Made by a program: the position numbers and the translations under genes. The notes under the pieces are model-generated. The model searched no databases and was not told the DNA's origin. It saw nothing but the letters and a program-made list of their open reading frames with translations. A stretch of 63,952 nucleotides of DNA, the filler included, from Stramenopiles sp. TOSAG23-2 (Eukaryota): assembly GCA_900128395.1 (NCBI GenBank). It is 3 parts of 3 records of this genome, joined end to end, with 100 filler letters (N's around TTAATTAATTAA, not from the genome) between each part and the next. Parts side by side here need not be neighbours in the genome. Positions count along the whole stretch, not along the records: positions 21,775 to 43,436 come from LT649532.1; positions 43,537 to 63,952 come from LT649558.1; 1 more part is not named here. One strand, given 5' to 3'. Below, one piece after another: positions 41,711 to 52,455 of the stretch; the stretch's first letter is position 1; each line of letters opens with the position of its first letter.

Positions 41711-42724
41711 ATGGTTAGAAAATTGAATAAAGATATTAATAGAAAAAAGAAAATAGGGAAAAAAATAAGTGGTTATATTTGTAGTAAGAATATCACAAAT
41801 GCGTTGCCACAAAATGTTGTTTGCTGTGTGAAAAAACCGGGAATGGAAAGGTATGGTGTAAAAATGTTATTTGAAACGAGGCAAATACGTGTTGGTTCTC
41901 GCTTTAAAGATACAAAATCCGCTTCATTAGTAGCGAAGCATTTTCGAAAAATTGTTCGCATTAGTGAATCAGGCCGTTTTTTTATTTCTGAAGATGATGC
42001 ATTAAAGCTAAAGAAAGAAACAAATGATGCTGTACGATATTACTTAAAGTTTTCACAACAATTTAAAGTTGAACATGTTGTAGATTTTTTAATTGGATGG
42101 GTACAATACATGAAAAATAGACCATCTCCAAAGCCAAGAAAGAGACGCCGGAATACTAGTGAAGAGAAAGTAACTAAAAAAAGAAGAAAGAGGCAAGAAA
42201 AAATCAATTCAGGCGACAATGATAATAGTAGTAACATTGCTAAACAAAATATGAAGAAAAAGAAGACGAAGAAGAATTTACAGTTACGAAAAAATTATAG
42301 TATGAAAGAACAAAATGCCTTGGTTATGAAGGTACAAGAAACATTATTGCCAGATGTATTTTTGCGTAGTGCACATATCTTAAAATGCGCAAAGTTAGGC
42401 GATGAGGGGAATAATGTGACTGTAAATTTATCAGAAGCAACATTCACTGATAACAAGTCCAAGACCATCTTTAAAACAGATCATCTCGTTGTTGGCAATA
42501 ATGTTTACATTGGCAATAGTAACGAAGAATCAGATGATGACGAACCTGTATCCATGACAAGAGAACATAGTTTTGGTCATGAATCACCTAATTCGATTAC
42601 ACATTCGCCTACGGAGTCTAGTTGGCAATTGCTAAGTAAGTTAATTGATGCTGAAAGAAAAAAGCATGAATTAAAACTTAGAGATATAACAATGCGCCAT
42701 AAAAGTCCCGTGTCTAGAAGTTAA
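41711..42724 (+). CDS. Basic nuclear protein, possible AP2-like DNA-binding domain
   Basis: 337-aa ORF with NLS-like PKPRKRRR and KKRRKR. LPQNVVCC..RYGVKM..RQIRVGSRFKDTKSASLVAK fits a three-strand plus helix AP2-like pattern. Confidence 0.7.
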   Translation: MVRKLNKDINRKKKIGKKISGYICSKNITNALPQNVVCCVKKPGMERYGVKMLFETRQIRVGSRFKDTKSASLVAKHFRKIVRISESGRFFISEDDALKLKKETNDAVRYYLKFSQQFKVEHVVDFLIGWVQYMKNRPSPKPRKRRRNTSEEKVTKKRRKRQEKINSGDNDNSSNIAKQNMKKKKTKKNLQLRKNYSMKEQNALVMKVQETLLPDVFLRSAHILKCAKLGDEGNNVTVNLSEATFTDNKSKTIFKTDHLVVGNNVYIGNSNEESDDDEPVSMTREHSFGHESPNSITHSPTESSWQLLSKLIDAERKKHELKLRDITMRHKSPVSRS

Positions 42725-42974
42725 AATTTAGTAACTTGCATATCATATGTATGCAGATATTTAAAATGCATATCATATCATATGATATTATATATATGAC
42801 CTTATATAAAATGTTCTCTTACTCATATTATATGTCTTATATTAGTAACTTGCATATCATATGTATGCAGATATTTAAAATGCATATCATATCATATTTA
42901 TATATATGACCTTATATAAAATGTTCTCTTACTCATATTATGTCTTATATATATTATATAATTTACGCATAATT

Positions 42975-43436
42975 TATTTTTAATTTACTCATGATAATTC
43001 CTACTCTTCAAAAGAATAAAATAACTGAAATAATCTATCTCACACAAGTGTGTTGATATTCTCATAATCGAAAATACCAATGAAGGTAAATAGATAGTAT
43101 CAACTACTCATAATAGCTGATGGAAAATGGGCATCATAGGAAGGCGGAGAATAAATTGTACCAGGGTACAAATCATTATACGACTCACCAAATGCACATT
43201 TTAAAGCAAAACGATTATTATAGGCGCAAGTTTTAATAATCGCGGTTTGTATATCTCTACACGTTATATATATAAAAAATGTTCTCTTACTATATTATAC
43301 ACTATCATAAATTATAGAGAATTTTATATATTATATTATATATACTTACGATTCATTGTCCATCTTTCAGTTTAGTGAGATTAGATATTATTGTCTCAGT
43401 TATTGTATTCTTTCTGGAGAGTAGGAATTATCATGA
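42975..43436. mobile_element. Putative MITE (about 460 bp) with about 60-bp TIRs, right end cut by contig end
   Basis: Left arm TCATGATAATTCCTACTCTTCAAAAGAATAAAATAACTGAAATAATCTATCTCAC. Right arm reverse complement TCATGATAATTCCTACTCTCCAGAAAGAATACAATAACTGAGACAATAATATCTAATCTCAC. No ORF inside. Confidence 0.7.
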
Positions 43437-43536
43437 NNNNNNNNNNNNNNNNNNNNNNNNNNNNNNNNNNNNNNNNNNNNTTAATTAATTAANNNNNNNN
43501 NNNNNNNNNNNNNNNNNNNNNNNNNNNNNNNNNNNN
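43437..43536. other. Artificial contig-joining linker
   Basis: N44 + TTAATTAATTAA + N44. Confidence 0.95.
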
Positions 43537-45539
43537 ATTAATATGAAATCATACAAAATATCATATTTTAGATGGAAATTCACTTTTTACACATAATTGT
43601 AAATATCGTTTTTGGAATATGTAATTCTATCACAATTCAGTATAATGTTTTTGTACTAAATAGTGTTAGACAGAGCCGACACTACAAGTGAAAACCACCT
43701 ATCAAGTAGAGTTACAGCTATAGGGTTACGCGTTTTTTTCAACTTTTAACGGTTATTCAAATATGAAGTAGATACAGAAATATTATTAAACTCGGTATAT
43801 TTATTACCAAGCATATATAAATTGATCGTAGATACTTATTTTGATAAACATATGTATGTGTATACACAAAAACTATCTTTTGTAATTTTGAAATTTTCCA
43901 TTTTTAGTCAATACTATGTCCATGCTAATTTCAAAAAAAATCATCATTTTGAAAAAAATTCGTTACGTTGTCAGTTTCATTTAAAACATAATTAGATCAA
44001 AATATTCATGTACTTCTTTCGTTTAGACATGTGTTAAGAGATATATCTTATAACGAATTAATTCGTAGAAGATTTAGATAGAAAAAATCGACACATTGTA
44101 TTTTGGTGATATTTCTGAGAATTTTTCAATATTTTGGTGATTTTTTGCTCTGTAACCCTAAACTAACCCGATCTTGAAAATCACATATCGGTATAAAGCT
44201 CGGCTTATACGTGATGTATGGACAGGAGAACGGTCGGGGATTGTTCAGGGGATCAGTATACGACTTTTAGGTATTGGTTTCAGCTTCGTATATAATGGGA
44301 AAGTGTAGAAATGGCATTCGTGTGAGTGTATGTTGGTGCGGAAAAATAGATAGCATCTCTAACCCTAACGTAAATGATCAAAATGCACGATATTTTTAAT
44401 AAGCAAGGTTCTACTGGTAAACTCCCAAGACCACGACCTACAGACATTCTATACGTAATAAACAACGGATGTGCAACGTTTCAAAGTCTAATATTAATAA
44501 CTTCAATGAAAGTTTTCAACCTTTCATGATTTTCACCATTTCGATGAAAAAGTGCTCTAATACTAACTCCATGCTAACGTGCGATTAAAATATTTTTTTC
44601 AGCACTTTTCTTTAAAAACATAATTATACATGTAAACTCTCGGAGAAAAGTTAAATATATCACCTACCATATAGAAACTACGACATTTTATCAAAATTTT
44701 TTATGTTTCATGTTCACAACGAAGATTTCTAGTCATTTTTAAAATGTATGTGAATGAAAATCGATCTGGAATTCTAGGCCTTTTTCAAGCGTATTAAAAT
44801 ACGTTGCAAAATGGGGTATAAACGAAACAATATAGCTCTAGTCAATCAAAATATTAATACAAAAGTAGGTTCGATTCTCATTTATACATATATAGAGTCA
44901 AACTTAAGAGTAAGTTGATGACAACTGAGTGTCAGGAACATACTTTACTAACGACGTTTCAATTGCATGTCAAAGTACCCTTACTATGAAATAGGCTTGT
45001 AAAACCTTAATAAAAGTGTCAAAAAAAGTGCATTTTTTAGTGAAAATTCACTTTGGGTCTAGCGTTTCATGTAAATGTAATATTTATTTTGGTTGGAGTT
45101 TAGAGATCCAAGTTATATATATGAAGAAAGGATGTGGAAGTTTATATGGGGTGAAAATGTTGGAAATGATGTTGTGAGACGTAATGCAATTTTTATATAT
45201 CTGATGAAATTTCTCAGTTTTCGTACCCACTTTGGCGGAACTTTTAAAAATGAAAATAAAATTGGCAAAAATATTCGTGTTTGAGGTGTTATAGAAATGT
45301 AGTATAAAGTTGGTAGTCTAATTTACATAATTTTGTTAGAGTACTTAAAACTTCAGTATGGAGATTTTTTGTCAATTGATATTGTTTGTGAAAATGGTCC
45401 CTATGAAGTGATTTTAATATATGGAAATAGCATGTAGAAATTAGCATGGACACAGGCCTTTCAACATTTTACACTTGAAAATTGTGTTTTTCTGCCATGT
45501 TTTCTGTTTTTCATTTCCTATCATATTTATACTTAATAT

Positions 45540-45618
45540 NNNNNNNNNNNNNNNNNNNNNNNNNNNNNNNNNNNNNNNNNNNNNNNNNNNNNNNNNNNNN
45601 NNNNNNNNNNNNNNNNNN
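45540..45618. other. Scaffold gap
   Basis: N run next to a multicopy repeat end. Confidence 0.9.
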
Positions 45619-45694
45619 TCATATACTCAGTAGATTTGTAGTGTTTGATATATTTGATAGGCAAAATTAGGTATTTTTTGTACTTGAGAGAGGG
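45619..45694. mobile_element. Terminus of a dispersed repeat / putative DNA transposon end (copy 2)
   Basis: Near-identical to 10-85. It bounds a 2.1-kb region with no credible ORF. Confidence 0.6.
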
Positions 45695-46078
45695 TAGTTC
45701 GCTCGCTTAGAATTTAGAAGTCCCTATTTTTGGCTTTGCTTGTTGTTTTGGCACTTTGAGAGAAGAAAGGTTGCAAAGATACAAGCCCGGCAAGCAAGTT
45801 GCACAAGTATACGAAAGGAAGAAAAAAACTTCTTCTTCTTTCCAAATACGAGGTATATTAGATATACAAAAACAACTATTTTCTTCTTCACAAAACCTTT
45901 TTATGACGAAAAAGATCAAACAAATCAAAGCTACTTCTCAATACAAAGTCAAGAAAGATGGAAGATGGTGAAATAGTAGATGATCCATCACCGCGTACAG
46001 CGATGAACAATCGCCAACCGATGATTCCGACATATTTACCACCACCACCAGTATCTTCTCAATACAAAGTCAAGAAAG

Positions 46079-48935
46079 ATGGAAGATGGTGAAATAGTAG
46101 ATGATCCATCACCGCGTACAGCGATGAACAATCGCCAACCGATGATTCCGACATATTTACCACCACCACCAGTATCATCATCATCATTATCAGTACAATC
46201 AAGATTTCAACAACAACAACCACCACCACCAGTTCAGCAACTGAATAATACTATTCGAAGATATAACAACAGCAACAACAACAATAATAATAATGTCGGT
46301 AGAAACTTGACTACAAATAAAGTTCATTTGATGGCAGTCCAAAACAGGAATTCATCATTGCAACCAAGATTTCAACAACAACAACAACAACCACCACCAC
46401 TAGGTCGACGCCTGAATAATAATATTCGAAATAATAATAATAATAATAATATTATTGGTAGAACTTTGACACCAAATGAAATTCGCTTGATGGCAATGCA
46501 AAACATGAAAAATTACAATAACAATCATAATAACAACAACAATACTGGTATCGTACCCCGACCATCATTTAATATTAGTAGTAATTTTAACAACAAATCT
46601 GCACAAGCAGCACAAGTTCGTGTTACAGGTCTAACACCAAACATAACAAAACTACAATTGATGAATCATTTTCAACGTTTTGGACGTGTTATAAATATTC
46701 ACCTACCAGGCAATGGATATGGTATTATACAATACACTTCACGGTTAAATGTACAAGCATGTTTAGGAAAAGGTTTACGGCATAAAATTTCAGGTACGAT
46801 TGTTTCCTTATCTATGGTATCAACCTCTAATGTTAACAAAAGCAGTAGTAGTCCCCGCAATAATAATTTAAGTCCAATTCATACTAATACGAATAATCTG
46901 AATAAAACTCTTGGATCTCCAACAGCAAGGACTATATCAATGAATAATGCTACTACTAATAATAACAACATTAATATAAATGCAGGTAGAAATAATAGAG
47001 AACAATTTCATCGTAGTATAAGCCAAAGCAATCAAAGTATTTATACTAATACGAATAAAGTTCTTGGATCCCCAACAGCAATGAATAATAATAATAAGAA
47101 CAACAATAATATGAATGTAATAAGAAATAATAGAGAACAATTTAATCGCAATATAAGCAAAAGCAATCAAGATAATAATAAAGTAGATATTAATAATTTA
47201 ATGCGGGAAAAGAAAAAGAAAAGAGATCCAAGATTAGAAGATGAACACGATGATAAGATTATAAGCAGTATTAGTAAGAAAAAACGAAAACTAGTACATG
47301 CTCCAATTCGACATAATGATAGAAATAGACAAATTGCAATGATGAAAAAGCGATATCAAAGCAAAATTATTGCTGGACATCATATTGATGATTGTGTACG
47401 GGATGCAATGTCATTATCAACAAGATATAATGGTTTAGTTGTTCCAGAAGAATTTATTGAAATGGAATCTCAATACAGAACAAGATGCAAATAATGGAAA
47501 TAATTATTTAAAGTCAAATTTAATGGAAAAACATCCATTTATTGTATGTGAGTGGCTTCATCAAGGTGATTATAAGGTTGGAAAAAATAGAAAAACGAAG
47601 GTAAAATCTGCAGCAGATAAATTAAAAGATCATATATCAATTGATCCTGCAACGGAAAATCGTGTTGTATATAATGCACATGTATTATTACATACTATGG
47701 GAACGGAACGTATGAAAGTCGAAAAAGTTCTTCCAAAAGATCAATTGGAAATGCCATGTTTTCAAATATTAATGGCAAAACTATCAAATGGTATATATTC
47801 TTTACCAGGTGGGAAATGGTCAAAATCGCAAGACAAAGGCGATCCTTGCATTGATGATCGCAATTTAATCGAAACATGTATCCGTTGTACTAAATATCAA
47901 TCAGGAATTGATTTGACATTATGTAGTGAATGGGTGAAAGTATCCCAATTTAATTACCGAACATACGACAAAGATGGTGTTCTGGAAGTTCGTACTGTTA
48001 TCTTGTTACCAAATGTTACCGATTTAATACCATCAATGGATATCTGGAACAAAATACGAGGTTACATTTTAAAAGATGCGGGTGGAAAGTATAGTTTAAA
48101 TGAAAAAAATCCAAATGTAAAGGAATGGGTGGATAAAAGAAGTAAATGGCATATTGCATTGAACAAGAAGAAAATCTATAGACTAGATACAAATGGCCTT
48201 AGAGAAGAATTGAAATTGCGTGGTCTGAGTACAGTTGGAGATGATTCATCATTAAAATTAAGATTATTTCGCGCCACTAAAAATACAAACAATTTCAAAA
48301 TTCATTTACCAAAAGAGCCTAGCATTATTGTTGGCCATCCGCATCATGAAAAAGAATTAGAATTTCAAATGTATGAAAAAGACGAGCAAGGTGAAGATGA
48401 TATGCAAAAATTAAGTGTCCAGTGGGTTGGATATGAATTCTTAAGTTTGAAAGAAATTTCACGACATTGTAAAAATAGTTTTTTTTCATTATTGAATAGT
48501 GATCATTCACCACAAATGTCACGTCGAGCATTTGAAACGTATGTGATTGGTAAGCAATTGAAAGAATTGTTTCATCGATATTATGGTCGTGAATTATTAG
48601 AAATGTTACGTAATTATTATGAAGCATTAGTAGATATTGAAGCTGCAGCTGAAAAAGTTAAAAAAAGTAGCAGCTCATCATTATCATCTCCAAAAGCACG
48701 TACATCAGATATAACAAATATTCAATTGAAGTTAACTCAACAATGTTTTGAAGCATTGCAATTTTTCGATGAAGATGGAAAAGGACAATTAGATTCGAAT
48801 TATATACAACGTATATTAACTACATGTAGTAAAGATGAAAAAATGTCTATTGGTGAAATAAGACATTTAGTTGGATTATTACCAAAAGAAGGAAAACAAG
48901 GAGCGTTTGTTTATAGGAATCTAAAGGTATTTTAA
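46079..48935 (+). CDS. CCAR1: CCAR1/DBC1-family protein (N/Q-rich region, RRM, DBC1 Nudix-like domain, SAP, EF-hand), split by a frameshift near 47460
   Basis: ORF1 ends with RDAMSLSTRYNGLVVPEEF (cf. CDMMELRRRYQNLYIPSDF). ORF2 has GGKWSKSQDKGDP..LIETCIRCTKYQSGIDLTLCSEW, SAP LREELKLRGLSTVG..LKLRL, AFETYVIGKQLKELFHRYYG and FFDEDGKGQL. The 5' end is duplicated (121 bp, 45934-46175). Confidence 0.82.
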
Positions 48936-49431
48936 AGAAAGACAATATGTGTGTACCACAAAGTATGTACCCGCGAAAATCGTATATTATATTTGGATTA
49001 TTACCAAAAGAAGGAAAACAAGGAGCGTTTGTTTATAGGAATCTAAAGGTATTTTAAAGAAAGACAATATGTGTGTACCACAAAGTATGTACCCGCGAAA
49101 ATCGTATATTATATTTTTATATTTTATATATATATATTATATATATATATAAAATATCTATAGTATATATATATATATAATATATAATATATGAGTAAGA
49201 GAACATTTTATATATCAATGTACATATAAAGTAAAAAATTCAATGACACTAAAAAATTTATCAAAAAGATTACAGCACTACACGCTTAAATTTATATTTC
49301 TCTCAAAAAATTAAACCGCACGATGTTTCTCATACATCATCATACAAAATTTACCAACACGATGTTTACGATATTTCATCACAAAAGCATAATATTCTTT
49401 ATCTTGCTCCAATTATATTTCTCTCAAAAAA

Positions 49432-50511
49432 TTAAACCGCACGATGTTTCTCATACATCATCATACAAAATTTACCAACACGATGTTTACGATATTTCAT
49501 CACAAAAGCATAATATTCTTTATCTTGCTCCAATAAAGAATCGAAAAAATTAGAATAATCACCATTACAATATAAATCAGGGCACACTAATCCAGAAGCT
49601 AACGATGCCAGTGCATAATCCTCCATTCCAGGTTTATCCTTACCAAAAAGATAAAGGTTTTCATCATCTGGTAAAAATTCCTTTGAAATACGTTCACAAC
49701 ATTCATAACATTTATCTTTACAAAGATCTACTTGATATTTATTATCAGATTGAAATAATTTAATCATTCGTTTTGTCAACAGGTTACCAAAGCCTATATT
49801 CCATAATGTTCGAAATATGAAACCACTATTGTCCGTACAAAGTTTATTCCATAAATTATTATTGGATGCTTTGAATATAACTGCATAAAACATTTGACGT
49901 ACTTGTGGTCCTAACTGAAAATCTAAAATTTGCACTAATTTTTCTTGATCTTTTTTCATTTGCTTAGAATATGATGGAGATTTAAAAAATGCTCTAGCAA
50001 TGGACCAACTATCAGGTAAAACAGATCCATCTGGTAAAACACATGCTGGAACAGAGGTTGGATTAGGCTTCGAAGGCTTCTTCGTATCTTTGTTTAGTAA
50101 CTTTTTCTTTTCATCTTCTGTATTATTGTTATCAATGTTAGTATCCTTAGACACTTTTGTTACACGCGACGATGATGCAAAATATTTTGTCTCACCACAG
50201 ATTCTTAAATTTAAAGTTGGTAATACATGTCCACCAGGAGCATATCCATGATGATCATAAGGAATTTTATTTGCATCCAAAGACCATCTGCCAAATTCAC
50301 AGTAGTGTGAATATGGAATGGTTAATAATTGTGTTTTCTCTTTTGATATGGCAGTTTTTATTAAGTTAGGTTGTGTGCATCTAGCCAACATAAGAATAAT
50401 TTTATTACCCATACTGTTTTTCTTATTTATTATTATTTTCAATTGATTGGCAGTTTTTATTAAGTTAGGTTGTGTGCATCTAGCCAACATAAGAATAATT
50501 TTATTACCCAT
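49432..50511 (-). CDS. Glutathione S-transferase-like protein
   Basis: LLTIPYSHYCEFGRWSLD, SVPACVLPDGSVLPDSWSI and C-domain YLFG..PGMEDYALASL. N-terminus (99 bp) and C-terminus (about 121 bp) are locally duplicated. Confidence 0.85.
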   Translation of the reverse strand: MGNKIILMLARCTQPNLIKTANQLKIIINKKNSMGNKIILMLARCTQPNLIKTAISKEKTQLLTIPYSHYCEFGRWSLDANKIPYDHHGYAPGGHVLPTLNLRICGETKYFASSSRVTKVSKDTNIDNNNTEDEKKKLLNKDTKKPSKPNPTSVPACVLPDGSVLPDSWSIARAFFKSPSYSKQMKKDQEKLVQILDFQLGPQVRQMFYAVIFKASNNNLWNKLCTDNSGFIFRTLWNIGFGNLLTKRMIKLFQSDNKYQVDLCKDKCYECCERISKEFLPDDENLYLFGKDKPGMEDYALASLASGLVCPDLYCNGDYSNFFDSLLEQDKEYYAFVMKYRKHRVGKFCMMMYEKHRAV

Positions 50512-50943
50512 ACTGTTTTTCTTATTTATTATTATTTTCAATTGATTTAATTATATTGATTTCACAGATTGTAATGATACTATGCACGATAGTTCGGAGG
50601 ATGTATATATAACAAAAGGCAATGAACATTGTTTTTAAATCTTAAATATAATATGTGCATATATATATCTATTTAAATAATAAGAAAAAAATGGAAGAAG
50701 AAGGTTATTTCGCAATAATAATAGCATAGATATACCATTGTGATCTTCTCAGCTTGGTTTGAAATTAAAGCGGTGGCACATCAACCATAGTAGTAGTGTT
50801 ATTTGTTTAAGTGTACTGTACAGTTTTCTCACGGTGTATATTAGACTGCGGGCGGATCTCTGCTACTATTTGTCTAGATATTATTCGTCTTGGTATGTGA
50901 TTAGTATATTATATTTTTTATGTCAAAACATTGTCTTTTTATT

Positions 50944-51786
50944 TTATATAGATGTACGCTGTTTTGTTCCATCTGGATTGATATTTAATTGAATACATAC
51001 TTGAACAAACTCTTCAAATGGCAATTCTTTATGTTGCCCATTTGATGTTTTCAATATCAATTCAAGTCTCCTCATGGCATCACTGTTAATTCCTTGACTT
51101 CGTTTTGTATATGCCCGAAATTCTTGAATAGAAATAGCACCATTTTTGTCTGTATCCAACAGACTAAATAACTTTTTATACGACTGCGGTTTTGCCTCCG
51201 AAACATTTTGTGACAATCGTACGGATGAACTTTTTACTGCTTCACTATTGAAACTTTTACGACCCATATTGTTGTTTCCAATGCTATTACGAGCCATATT
51301 GTTTACAACAGGCGCAGCTGTAGCTGTTGGCATTGCATTTAGACTGCCGTTTGCAACATTTGTTGTCATACGTTTTAAAAAACTTTCAAATGTCATTTTT
51401 GCTTCTTGAATCCAATATTCATTTGGATCTTCACCAGGCACTCGGAAACCAAAGCCATCAAAACGAAATTGTGCAACTGACAATGCCGAAAGCAAAGTCA
51501 ATTCGTCTTTTGTCGCATCTGGTACGTTGTACCATTTGGGACAAAGTGGATTTTTTCCAGGTATTGCATACCTAATATAATCATCTTCAGTCACATGAAA
51601 ATTTATGCCTAAATCTTTGCAACAGCTAGTATGATTAAATAATTCTTTTTCCGTAGGCGGTGCTTCCCAATATCTTTTCCCAGATATTAAAATTCCTGGC
51701 GCTGAAAAATACATCGGCAAATCCCGACGTTGCATTGCAATTCCAGCAGGTGCTATTGGAATTGCATTTTGTGTAACATCCGCCAT
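50944..51786 (-). CDS. EF-hand protein with unknown N-terminal domain
   Basis: LFSLLDTDKNGAISIQEF is a canonical EF-hand, followed by a degenerate second one (ELPFEEFVQVC). Confidence 0.8.
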   Translation of the reverse strand: MADVTQNAIPIAPAGIAMQRRDLPMYFSAPGILISGKRYWEAPPTEKELFNHTSCCKDLGINFHVTEDDYIRYAIPGKNPLCPKWYNVPDATKDELTLLSALSVAQFRFDGFGFRVPGEDPNEYWIQEAKMTFESFLKRMTTNVANGSLNAMPTATAAPVVNNMARNSIGNNNMGRKSFNSEAVKSSSVRLSQNVSEAKPQSYKKLFSLLDTDKNGAISIQEFRAYTKRSQGINSDAMRRLELILKTSNGQHKELPFEEFVQVCIQLNINPDGTKQRTSI

Positions 51787-52455
51787 ATTTGATATACAAA
51801 TAGTTACGATAATTATATGATAATCTTTATGTAATATATATATATATATAATCTGTTGATCTATCTATATGTATCTATCTATCCAAATCAATTAATTTTA
51901 AATGAGAAAATATATGTACATTTGGTGGTTGTTATGTTCACAACTAGATCTAAGGCTCCAAAATAGCATGTACATAGGACTTAAATTTGGCTTTTTTTAA
52001 ACTGTAACGAAATGATGGATGAGAAGATAACTTATCGTCTAATATTATCAGGCCTCATCTATTAGCATAAGCACATCATGCAAAAGACAAATTACAGTGT
52101 AAAGAATATTAATATACGCCCAGCAAGATCGGCCACAAAAATCCAAATCTTTTTTTTCGAACTGATCATAGAGGCCGATTTGAGCAATTTCCCACAACTT
52201 AAACTTTTATATTTCTATTTGATGAAGCAATCCATGTTTGGATTTATCAAACATAGAATTGTGTAGATAGATAGAAAGTAAAAGAAGAAAAGCTACCATT
52301 ACCATAACACAAACATAGCAATAACAACAGGATATAAAACATGAATTCATCAGGTGGATCAGAAAGTACAAAGGAAAATAAAAAAGATGATATATTAACA
52401 GAGGAAAATAATGATAATGATAATAATAATAACCAATAACAACAGGATATAAAAC

